The notes below the pieces were generated by a model that was not told where the DNA came from, searched no databases, and worked only from the letters and a program-made list of their open reading frames with translations. A stretch of 55,208 bases of DNA from Saccostrea cucullata. Taxonomy: Eukaryota. Shown here piece after piece: positions 10,868 to 22,586 of the stretch. A program made the translations under genes and the position numbers. The stretch lies in NCBI RefSeq assembly GCF_032062105.1, contig NW_026933158.1, positions 1-55,208 on the forward strand. Direction: 5' to 3'. Position 1 is the stretch's first letter; every line of letters begins with the position of its first letter.

Positions 10868-13800
10868 TTAACTTTGGGGAGAAATCCGGTTGCTAATAGA
10901 ATAAGGTAAAGGTGGAGGTGCTGGACGATTATCCGGTCCCATTTCAGAATATTCATGAGGCAAGTCAGTGGATCCTGCAAAATAAAACAGGTACTCTTAA
11001 AGACTGCGAAATAATTTTGAATTTTAAATAATTACAAGAATTCGAAATCAGTTTAGTGCTTCCTTACGATTCAGCTGAGAATAATTTTTCACAACAGTGG
11101 CTTTCTTTTTTGATGATTTGGCCTTTTCTAGCAATATTTTAGTATTTTTTAATTTTCTAAAATGAAAAAGTAATAATTGAAATTATATTATCACTTAAAA
11201 AAATTAAATATAAACTGATAAATACCTGTCATTGTTAATATTTCACAATTACATCATTTCTTCTTCTTATTGTTTGTTGAATCTCTGTTAATCACAAACA
11301 AATCGTCTATGTAGTTTGAAACGAAATCCTACCTGAACAGAAAAATATTAAACCCAAAAGAGATGAAGAGGATAGCCACACAAACTCCAACAACAGAAAA
11401 AAATGCGATGGAATGTAGACAAATGTTCTCATTAGCCGGTTCTACTACACTGGTACCTTTGAATATATAAATTTTGATTTGAAATTATATAAATAAGAAA
11501 TCCTTCAAATATAAAGAAATAGGTTTTTGATGCCTAGATATCAATCTTTCTATCCATTTCCATGAAAATCTTGCTCAACTTTTTAAACTTATGACAAAAT
11601 GTAATAAAACCCTTCTCTGGTATACATAATTCATGTTAAAAACATTGCATCAATCATGCATAGAACTTAAGAAATGATGACTTTAAACGAGACTGCTGAT
11701 ATCTGTTTATATTCTTTCGACTTCTTTTGAACTATTTTCAGAAGTATTTTCATTGAAAAAGTTATAAGAATAAATATTTAAGTACATAAGTATTTAAGTT
11801 TGGGGTCTCACTTTAGGTCATAACATACAAATGCTAGTATACATAAAACTTGGGAACGAAATAATTGAAAGCACTCTTAACAGAAACTAACCATCAGCAA
11901 AGACGTTGGAACCGGGGGCTTATCCCCTCATTATTTGCAAAGATGGACATAATATAGGCATCAAACATTGGGGTGTGGGTTTATCCCCCCCAACACACAC
12001 ACTTTCAATTTGTTTCCGACGCCAATGACCAGTAAATCATTTCTTATCTATTCTTCTTCAAAACTAGTAATAAAAACTTAGACTTTTGCTTACGGTTGGT
12101 GTGACCGGTTGGCAAGTGATGCTCACTCCTCTAGGACACGTGATCCCACCTCTGCTGTTTTAGAGATCCATTTTTCCTCTGCTCCTGATTGCATTGCTTG
12201 CATATTGTTCGTTATTTCCAATTCTATTTGTTTGAAATAGCTCATTTTGTTCCTCATTTTACTTTAATTGTGGACCTACTTATCATTACTATGGTACTTT
12301 ATAGAACTTATGTAGATATCATATTCCTTACTTGTTTTGTTTATCTATATCAATATCTCTAAGTTTTGTATCTTTTTAACGATTGATTGATTGACTGTAT
12401 ATTGTTTTACGTCCTGTTCGAGAATATTTCACTCATTACCAGTAATGCTACGTTCCCATTGTCGTGCGGTCAGTTACGCACGTCACGATACATCAATCGT
12501 AGTTGATCGCAGAGTTTTTATTGAATTTTATGCCAATATATGAAGTAGGTGTGTTTTCATACGTTTCCTTACGCTTTGATTATGCACATTCTTACTTTCC
12601 AATGTATTATGTCACGAAATTTGTGGACCGATATAATACTTATCATCTAATATGGTACTTTATAGGATCAAGATAGAACATGTACCCAGACAGACATATA
12701 AAAATCATATTCCATTATATTTTATCTATTGAAAATTAAGCTAAACATAAACATACAATCAATAATAATTTAAAGGTTGGTGACAACTTCATAAATGTGA
12801 TGTTTGTAGTGTAACTATGGTCATATGTTATTGCTGTTAAAGTAGAGCAAAAGCAGCAGTATAACTATTTCTTGTTCAGGTTCAGAAGAAGATAGGATCT
12901 CCCCTCTTTCTTTTTTGTACCTGTTTTAGGTGGCATCTTTAAAATATTTTTCTAAAAATCAGACTATCAATCGGTATCAATTTTCCCGTTATTTTTGCAA
13001 GCTTAAGTACTCGTAATATAGCGTGATTGTCCGCAACAAAGCGTTAACACTCGTGTCTAATGGTGTTTCTTACGTCCGTATCAAATCGTCTCTGAGCGGG
13101 ATTGATTGATTGGCTGTATATTGTTTTACGTCCGATGATCACGATATGAAAGCCAGAGAATATTTCATGCTCGATTACCAGTTAAGTAGGGCAAAAAAAA
13201 TTTACGATCAACACGATTCACGAGTGAACACAAGATTTGTTTCGATTTGATACGAGAACTACGATTTGTCCACGGTCGAGTCCCCGATATCAATCGTGGC
13301 GCCAATCGTGATAGTGGGAACATAGCATAAGGGGCTTTACATTTAGACCTTTACTCGACACGAAAGTTTTTTGCTCGACAAAGAGGGTTTTTATGGTTTC
13401 ATCCGAAGGACTCTCAATTTTCACTGCAATGTGCCAAATGTATAGCGATGAAACACTGCATTTTTCTTCGACGCTGATCCAGTTGCGGTCGCAGTTCGAA
13501 CCTACTTTACAAAATAAATATATATTTATTACTTAACAATAAGAAATACATACCAAAAACCTGAACCTCACAAAGTTCAGCAATTGTTGTGTCACGCCGA
13601 GATCCCAATGGAACGACAACTCCGTCGCCGCGTTCGTTATAATATGTGACGTAGCGTCCCCGTTGTGCACACGCATGTTTGGAAAGAAGAGGCGGAAATG
13701 TGTCAGTATTTTTATAACATCGGTAACCATCCTTAAGTTTTGTCGTATTTGATATGAACAGAGAAAATCCTGCATGTTCAGACATACGCAAAGAATCTGA

Positions 13801-14369
13801 AAACAAATAAGAGTGGATAAAACTTCCTTTTCTTATTTTGAAAATCGAAAGATAGTTTTGAATGTCTAAATATAAATCTCGTCAATTTTTGAAGGTATTT
13901 GGTTTTTCTTTTCTCCTTTTTTCTTGGCTCATTTGCATATAAGCGCGTTACAAAGGCTTTATTTACCATTGTTATTACTGTCGTTTCTGTAGAAGACTTT
14001 GATGTTGTAGATTTCTTTGATCTCCCCTAGGTCCACTCTCCACCACACTACACGACCATACCTCGTTCTAGCACAGTTGCTTTCCCTCTGATTTGTGTTT
14101 CCATCCACCGCTAAGTCAGGACCATAAGGGGACTGAACTGAACTCTGCACGGTGCTCATGTTCCATGCAACATTTTCTGTAAAGTTTTTTACGATAAGTA
14201 AATATTACCAAGACTTCTTAGCTGAAATTTGAATAGTAGAAAAATATAATATAGAATTTAGATTTTACCAAACAATATACTTACCAAGTCCATGACAAGA
14301 AAAGGTAAATGCTAAGAAAAAAACCGATAGGATGCTCCATCTTTCAATCAAATAATATTTGGAATTCAT
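10868..14369 (-). CDS. Type-I membrane receptor, 285 aa: signal peptide, F-type-lectin/galactose-binding-like domain (as at the N-terminus of bivalve MEGF10/SCARF-like proteins), TM helix, tyrosine-motif tail
   Basis: Six exons, all GT-AG and in phase: 14369-14285, 14176-13967, 13796-13554, 11456-11333, 11156-11068, 10974-10868 (858 nt). Peptides: MNSKYYLIERWSILSVFFLAFTFSCHGL / ENVAW..QSS..AVDGN..C..T..WWRVDLG..YRND / ..GFSLFIS..C..C..GRYV..ELCEVQVF / ..SIAFFSVVGVCVAILFISFGFNIFLF / RKLK..KNYSQLN / RSTDLPHEYSEM..RPAPPPLPY..QS*. Extra exons in the 2.1-kb intron cannot be excluded. Confidence 0.85.
12085..12220 (+). mobile_element. Penelope-like element 3' fragment inside intron 3 of the receptor gene
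   Basis: ggttggtgtgaccggttggc..gatgctcactcct..acacgtgatcccacctctg..ttgttcgttatttcca. Confidence 0.7.
12383..13510 (-). mobile_element. SINE interrupted by a DNA transposon
   Basis: Tail (ttga)n-tatattgttttacgtcc..gagaatatttcactca at 12383-12445. It resumes at 13331 (ggggct..ggtttcatccgaaggac) and is homologous to the SINEs at 30790 and 52115. Confidence 0.65.
12446..13327. mobile_element. PIF/Harbinger-type non-autonomous element
   Basis: TIRs tgctacgttcccattgtc / gatagtgggaacatagca, with a TAA target duplication at 12443-12445 and 13328-13330. Confidence 0.7.
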
Positions 14370-14982
14370 TTTAAATTGGCATAAAAATGCCAAAATTATG
14401 AGTAAGATTTTCATCTGTCGTGAGCGACCAAGAATATACTTCTAATTTACCTGATTACTTCCTTTTGGGTGAATTCAATAGAATATATATTTCCTTCTTG
14501 TTGTAAACACTTGAACAATTCAAAATACCCTCCTCGTGTATTTGAATTTAACTACTAAATTACATAACAACTTTTTAAAACAAATAGAAATGTTGTTTAT
14601 CCATGTGCAGGTCATATCATTTCAATACAAGATATATTTACTATACAATGTTAATTTCGATAAGTGAGTTTTATGATGAATGTCCCTTTGTCAAAGGATA
14701 AAAAATCGATGTTCCTTGACCTTTGATTATCTTTACATTGCCAAATGCGGAAAGAATCTTTGTTTTCAGTCATTGTTATAGAAGACAACCAAAACATAGG
14801 ATTAGTATGAACCATGTTTTTCATTAAATACAGAAGTGGCCAGAAATATGTAATTTTTTTCTGTAATTGAAATGTTGATTACCTCTGTCGTTCTACAAAA
14901 TTAATAGTGGATTAATTTCTAAATTAGATTTACAAAACATTAAAAAAAAATAAATAAATTGGATAAGAATTTTTTTTTTAAT

Positions 14983-15150
14983 AGCGATGCTTAACGCTTT
15001 TGGCGAAACAAGACGTAACAGCTGTTATAGTAATCGATCTCAGCGCCGCGTTCGATACTGTAGACCACGATATATCAATAACAGTTCTTAACAAAACAGT
15101 ATGAAATCTGTGGCTATAGAATCATACATGCGATTTCGTGGCTGCCATGT
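14983..15150 (+). mobile_element. LINE RT fragment (L2/CR1 group)
   Basis: Translates VTAVIVIDLSAAFDTVDHDI (RT motif A). Confidence 0.75.
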
Positions 15151-16025
15151 ACATGTACTGTATATGTAAATTCCGTTTCATCATTTGTGTGTCAGCTGTA
15201 ATGTAAATTTCGCAAAGCAGCGACGGGATATTGGACACTTCGAAAGAAGCTCTCTTTTACCTCTGTTGACTACCGTTCAATTCTAGGATATTCGATTTAC
15301 TCAAAATTCTGACATTTATGTATGATTGATCAGAGGGTCAAGCAAATATAATAAAACTTTTGTCAAAATAAACGTCAAATAAATAATTGCGCTCTTCCCG
15401 AAATTTAGAAAGCAGATTTATAAAAACAGCTTAAAAATAACTTCCTCTGGGACTTTGATGCTAAATATATTTGTTGTTACTCTCCACGTGTATTGTGTAC
15501 ATATTAAATGTAAATATTTTTTTCAGTTTAACTGTAGAAGGCCATTGAACAGGTTTATGTAGAAATAAGCATTTAACCAAATAAATCAGGTTCGGTTTCA
15601 GATTCCTTGTGCTTTACAAAATCTAACATGTAAATTTCTTTTATAACTGAAAAAAAATAATTGTATGGATATTGTGAAAACCATACTATTTTTTACTAAC
15701 AAAAGGCAATATTATTCAGTATACATAAAATGAATCAATAAGATAGAGAATGGCAAAAAGAAATAGGTTAAATTGCGTATATAACAAGAAGGAAATTAAA
15801 TATTCTCTTTACATAAAGACGGAAAGTACAAATATCTATTATTTATAGCTGAAAATGTTCTGATTGTTTAGCAGTTATATAAATGGAATGCGTTGCAATA
15901 AAATGCAACACTCTTTTTTTAATAGTTTTGAATTTATTAATTATTATGCAAGCCCATTTACAATTTCTAACTTTCCCGGGCCAGGATAGTTAGTAAAGCA
16001 AAAATAACAGAGTAACATGTATTAA

Positions 16026-17560
16026 TCAAAGCATTTCTACAAATGTCACCATCTTATTTTTAAACAAGTGAGTTTTTGTTAACTTCAGTAAAATGTCCAT
16101 ATTGTTTTTAATTTTATTTTTTACATAAGAAAGTAACATATCATCTGTTCCAGTTTTGTCCTGAACTCTACAAAACATTTTAAATTTATATATCTTATAC
16201 ATGTACGCTAAGAAAGACACAAAGGTATTTAAAAATTGTATTTTGAAATTCCGTTCAGAATAAAACCTCAAGATAACATTTTTCCACTGTACATCAAAAC
16301 TTAAAACAGAACTCAGACTTTTCCATAAGATTTGAACATGTTCACAATCAAAAAGTAAATGTCTAATATCTTTAATTTTGTCACATATATTACAAAAAAC
16401 AGATGTTCTATATTTGCACTTGAAAAGAAAACTGTTACAACACAATGTATTATATAACAATTTGTAATTAAATTCACATATTCTTTTGTACATAGATGTC
16501 TTTCACTTTGTTTCTATACATACATGTATCCTTCCAGCTCTATCGAGCAACAGAAAATAATTTTTTAAACATTAATTGATATCTTGTAATTTGAAAAATT
16601 GAATTCTTTAAATTTCTTAAAGAGTAAATTATCGTAAAAAAAATTACATTTTTTATCATAAATAAATATACACCATTGATAAAATTAAAATTACCCTTTC
16701 TTTTTTTTGTATGTATGAACAACAAGTCATATTAAATCGTAAGGATTTTTTATAGATTGCCTTTTTTGATATTTTATATTCACACATCCAATTCTGTTTT
16801 CGATCAAAGGACAATTCTTGTAGAGTTTTAAATTTTCCATTTTTGTTTCACAGGTCTTTGACATGTGTTATCCCACTTTTGATGCAATTTTTAAAACATA
16901 TTGTTTTGTTTTAATATTTACAAAATACATTACTCGCATTTGCGTTAGTATTGTTTAAAAAGAAAATCAACATGATATTTCTATTGCTGATGAAGAACAC
17001 CAAATTTCTTACATCTGTCGGATTATCGTGAGAGTTATTTTGGGTAAAAGCATTAATTGGTTCCATGTTTTATCAACAGAATTAACGCCATTTCCATACT
17101 TTATGAACTTTTGAGGTATATTGGTGTTGGTATTGGATTCTTGGGAATAAAGATCAAATATATAAGTTTCGTTTTTTGTTAACTTGTAACAAGTCATCAT
17201 GGTTTAAAATTTTTAAAAAAGTTGATAGCATATGTATAGAATTATACCCCGTTAAATAGCTGGTGTATACATGTGCTCTAACTTGTAAAATAGGTTATTT
17301 GAAGAGTTCTGATTGGTTCGAATTCATGATATAATATAACATACAAATATTCTATTTGAACCTTTCCAATTTCTTTCATATTTTTGTCTTTGTCCATTTC
17401 ATTTTTCTAATTATTGGGGAAAAGTTTCCTTGACATATATCATTCATTCAACGATACAAGATATGCATATGATAAATAGATAGATAGTAAAAGTGCTATC
17501 AATATAACCCTATGATTCATTGCCTGAATATTATGAGACTTAACAATACACACATTTTGA
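16026..17560 (-). mobile_element. Decayed L1/Tx1-type LINE ORF2 3' region
   Basis: ORF 16026-16493 has the zf-RVT-type signature EFNYKLLY..C..C....DIRHLLFDC..VQILW. Broken upstream frames include KSGITHVKDL. The 5' boundary is approximate. Confidence 0.7.
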
Positions 17561-18157
17561 ACAAAGCAGATTTTCTGCTCATTCAGAATTTTGACATAAA
17601 AACACCAATCTCCTGAAAATCATTTTTTTTCTCGTATGGATTTTTTAAAGAAAATTTCGCTATATATCTTTTCTGTAGTTTTATTACATTTTAATTTCTG
17701 AAATACATAAACGTCCTCTTTTCCTGAACTTAAATTTGTGTATGAATTAATAAAGGTTAAATATCGATAACAAACAGCCACGTGAATTCTACGTGATTTA
17801 CTACTCACGATTTTCATCTAAAACGATCCGTTTCTGGTAACATGTTTTCTCAATTTTAATATTAATTTATCTGAGAGTTTTCAAAAATCAAGATATATAA
17901 TCATTATAATTATGTGACATACCTTTCCATATGATTCTTTAAATGACACAATACCTGACATTAATATTATTATTCGTAGTCATTCATTAATCTACATAAA
18001 AAGAAATGTTTAATAATTTGAAACTGATAATTAAGCAGTAAGAATGATTAGTTAATAATTCATGAAAGATATACATTGTGTATTGAATCTTTTCTAGAAA
18101 ATGAAATAAAGTGAAGAATTGAGCTTCAGTTGAGCTGCAGATAAAAGTGCTGATTGG

Positions 18158-18775
18158 AACTTTTCAATCATCAATTTTCCTTACTTATGCAGCGGTATAC
18201 CTTCATCACCTGCTTACGAGGTTTTTATCCTAAGTTGATTCGATACGCAAGAGCATGCTCTACTTATCAACAATTTCTAAAGGAGATAAATCATTGACAA
18301 ACAAGTTGCTGAAACAAAAATATCAACAGGTTATTTTAAAGTCATCATTTTGTTAGATCTATGGTCGATACAATGACCTTGTCAGCCAAATACAATTTAT
18401 CAGTAAGTCATATGGTGATTGAAGTTTTTGTAACAGTAATTTTTAGACAATTTCTAACACTGAATTGACGACGGATTTTCCCGTTTTTTCCCGATTATAA
18501 CAGAAGTACAAGGCGGGTGAGATCGGTCGACAGGGGATGCTCACTCCTCAATGACACCTGATCCCATCACTAATATTTTGGAGGTTCTTATATCCTCTGC
18601 TTTTATTCTGTATTTTTTAATGTACTTCTGAGCTTGAATACTGTTCATCTGAGGTGCGATTAGGCGCCATTAAGAAGTAGACATCTCCTGCCAAATGGTC
18701 ACACCAGCGGTGTAATCCTTGTCATGATCGGAAACTAACGGGAAAATCTGACGAAAATTCGGTGTGTAAATAATT
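18158..18775 (+). mobile_element. Penelope-like element 3' fragment joined tail-to-tail to an inverted piece (18651-18775)
   Basis: NFSIINFPYLCSGIPSSPAY..LIRYARACSTY..YGRYNDLV, then the 3' motif, immediately followed by a reverse-complemented, more diverged 3' motif. Confidence 0.8.
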
Positions 18776-19892
18776 ATTTCTCCTTTGTAATACAGCTACT
18801 ATAAAATTATTTTAATTAATTGTAGTTGAGTTGGGTATCGTACATGGATATGATATTATATTACACAATATTTTAATAGAATCAATTTTAAGCGTTAAAG
18901 TCTAAGAGGCGCCCGCTTGACGAAGTCGTGGAGCGTCTCAATAATATGGAAAAAGAACGTGACGTTGTGAAAACAAAATGACGTAAAGCAAACAAAAAAT
19001 AAAACCAATACCACAGTCAACGGATTTTTTATGTAGACTGGTACGGAATGCGATACATGGATATAAGGGTATGAGATATGACGGTGTCAGTTAAAATGCT
19101 TTAGTCTTTGTCTCTAACCTCTTACATAAGATTTGCTTTTTAATCTCAAGACATCTTTCGATAAGGGCATTTTAAAGACAGGAATTCATCCAGGAATCAG
19201 TATTTGGACTATAAAAAGGGCCTGATAATTATTATTTGCCAAATGTTCTCTGAAGGTTTTATAAAATCACTTCGTATCGTTCTAAAGCATATTCAACAGT
19301 TATAAGTTATTGTGCTAAGGAGATTCTTTATGGTGTATGTCAACCATGTGTAAAGGATGTCTCTTGTATATATGTTTACAATAACACGCAGGATTAAGAA
19401 CGCAGTAGATATTTTATGTAAACTTAAATGTATATTTAACCTTTTCATGCATTGTAAAATGTATGTGTAAGCATCTACAATCTATATAAATTCAAAGGCA
19501 AAATGAAAATAAAAAATTCAAAGTTATTATTCTCACTTTTATTCATAGCCATTAAGCTGAAAACATTTCTCGTAGATGATCAAATGCTACTCTTGAGTAC
19601 TTTTGGTCACAAATACAAGAATATCATTTAGAACACAATCTGCTTGATTCATATTGTTGTATTCTGAAATAAAGTTATTCCGAATGTACAAACAATGTTA
19701 CGTTTAAGGAAACTAAAGTACTGTTCATGATGACTTCTTTCTGATCACCATTTTATACATTGGAAGTGCATGCTTGATCTTAAGTTGCTCTCCAACCGGA
19801 ACTAATGCCAATTTCTCATTGCTTTAAAAACAACGTTTCTTGTAAAGAAGAACTTCGTATCTGTAACAGATTTGTTATCATGGAAAATGTAC

Positions 19893-20647
19893 TCAGGATC
19901 CCACTGGAATTAAATGATCACAGTTTGAAATAAATTTCAATGAAAATTTCACGTTGTGAATCAGTTTTAAGTATTTAGATTTCAATTTTGGGTTTGACAT
20001 TAGATCTTCAGGGCTGAGCCAATTATCTATATCATTCATCTGGTATTTTGACAATTTTAGTACAGTCATTATTCTCTCCTGTCGCAACAAGATGGCGGGC
20101 AGATTGGCCTACATTGTCCACAACGTTGAAATCACTTCCGTCTTTGATAAGGTATTCGGCTAATTTGAAATTACCATCCTCCACAGCTATCAGTAAGGGA
20201 GTTTTTCAAGAGTTGTCGTTTTTGTTCACGTCTGCCCCTGAGAAAAAAATATAACTTGAAAATGTTCTCTACCTCTGATTTACTAAACATCATATCTTAA
20301 ATATACAAATCAACTTAATATTGCTTTTCAAATAAATATTTTGATCCTTTTATGTGATATCGTTAAAAACTGATTTTGTTAACTTTTCACCATGTCCATA
20401 TTGTTCATTTCAATTGCAACCATTAGTGCAGTTCTACCATCGTCATTCATCATATTGACGTCAGCGAAGGGTAGGAGACCCGTCAGAGTATCCATATCAC
20501 CATAAATGATATGGGTAAATATCATAGGTTCTCCATTTTCATCCAGAACGTTAACATTGGTTCCAGATTTAATTTTCGTTTGGACTGCAGTGATGTCTCC
20601 GTTGAAAACTGCTTCATAAGGAAAGAGATAGAGTTTGAAGCATTTAT
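19893..20647 (-). pseudogene. ANK-1, ankyrin-repeat pseudogene
   Basis: Homologous to the other copies, but the start ATG is ATA (20647-20645), there is a 1-nt deletion after FLM, the exon-1 splice donor is missing, the LFNCGY codons are deleted, the TATA box is mutated and the 3'UTR hairpin loop is deleted. Confidence 0.85.
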
Positions 20648-22586
20648 TTTGTTAAGTTCGATTCAACTGATAGTCAATGACTGTACTGATAAATATTTTG
20701 TCAACCTTTTAAGATATCCTAATGTAACTTGATTAACATACCAATACCTCTTTCAAAGACATTCCCTGTATCCTATTGGTCGACACAACACATTAAAGTA
20801 AAGAGAGAGAAATTCTCATTTGCTACAGGATTTATCCTTCGGTAGACCACAATGTGTAAACAAATTTAATGTACATTTTCCTTGACTTGTCAAAGAAGAT
20901 GAGTTTTTCACTTCATAAATTTGACAGAAGAGGGGTTTTACAACGAAGTGAAACATATATTCCAACTAAAATAATTAATTCAAGGAATCATACAGGAATA
21001 AAAAAAAATAACTTGATATTTACTTTGTTTATTAAACCAGTTTCCTTTTTGAGAGAATAGCCATTGGAACAGGCAATAAAATTGCTATTTGCTAGAGGAA
21101 AGCAACCAAATTATTTGTTCTAAAATTTGTAGATTACTTGATTGAACAAATAAATTTATTTAGTTTACGTTTTATTGATTTGTTTTTTTTATCTGCTTTA
21201 CTTATCAATTTTTTTTTCGAAGAACAATGAAGGGAAAGTAATACTTATTAAAACTACTTACCCCGGGTTAATTGATTCCATTTTTTTTCTTTACTCTTCA
21301 GCCTTGTTCTTCTGTGAGATTGTTATTAAAATAATTTAAAATTGGTGTCAACAAAATAAATTTAGTTACTTTCGTGGGGAAACTCTACAATTACAAAAAT
21401 TGCTCAACGATAATTATTTTGTCAAGTACGTTGTATCATACAGACAAACTTTTTGTCATTGGCAACTTATTTTTTCTTTACTATTTTATTTCTCAATTTT
21501 AATATTACCTTATACTGTTTATGGTACCGCGTGATTTAATGGTATAATTATCTTATCTGAGAGTTCAAAATCAAGACATACAATCATCGAATAACGTGAC
21601 TTACTACTTCATATGACTACTTAAATGTCACAATATCTGACAATAATTGCTCTTATTATTAAGCAGTACAAATGATTTGTTAATAATTCAAGAAAGATAA
21701 ACTAAACTTTCACAAGAAAAAGAACAAAACTTGAAGAGCTGACTCAAATTGTAAGAAAACAATCTTCTATAGTATTACGATTATATACGTGCATATTCAA
21801 TAATATATGCTAATCCACAATCAAACATTTGTGAGACATAAAACCACTGACTACGTACGTATGTCATTATGCACATACCTTGATAAAAATCTCTTTTAAT
21901 CTTTAAGTATTGCAAATTTTCCGAAAGTTTTACAAGCTGTAAATGTATTTTAAAAATAGGAATGTTTCTTTGTTGATTTTGTACATTAACTTCATATAGA
22001 AATCCGGATATATTTTAACAATTGTTGAGTTGGGTATCACACATTGATGATTTAGATCATAACTCATTAATGCTATTAATAATAAATTTGAGACATGGAC
22101 AAAAACGAAAAATATAGTTTATATTGCTTTTTTTATGTACTGTTAAATGGATGTGTAAATAAATACATCCAATATGAATGCAAATGTAAAACAATAATAA
22201 AAACCAAAAAGTTCTTATTGTTTTCAGCATAGTTTTATTCATGGTTTTTTATTAAAGTGAAAATAATTCTCTCAGATAATCACAGGCTCCTAATAAGTAC
22301 TTCTGGCTTTTGTTCACACAGGTATTAGGTTTTAACATTACTCCTGTTTGCTATATTTTGATACATGTACATTCACGTTCTTAGAAAATGAAACCTCTGT
22401 TTCTAGTAACTCCTTTGTAATCTTCATTTTATATATGGATGCTACATGCTCAGTCTTAGTTTCCTCTCTGATCGGAACTCATACCAGTCGCATATTTTTC
22501 TTTACTGTGATACCTCATCATGTAAAGAAACATTTCGTATCTATCTGCAAAGGTACAGATTGGCTATTATATCAAAGAAATTGTAT

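Noticed and set aside
11226-11284. Apparent 59-nt exon of the receptor with an in-frame TGA (KKKK*CNC), suggesting selenocysteine
   Set aside because: It needs a 48-nt intron. A stronger acceptor at 11157 joins exon 4 to exon 5 in frame with no stop.
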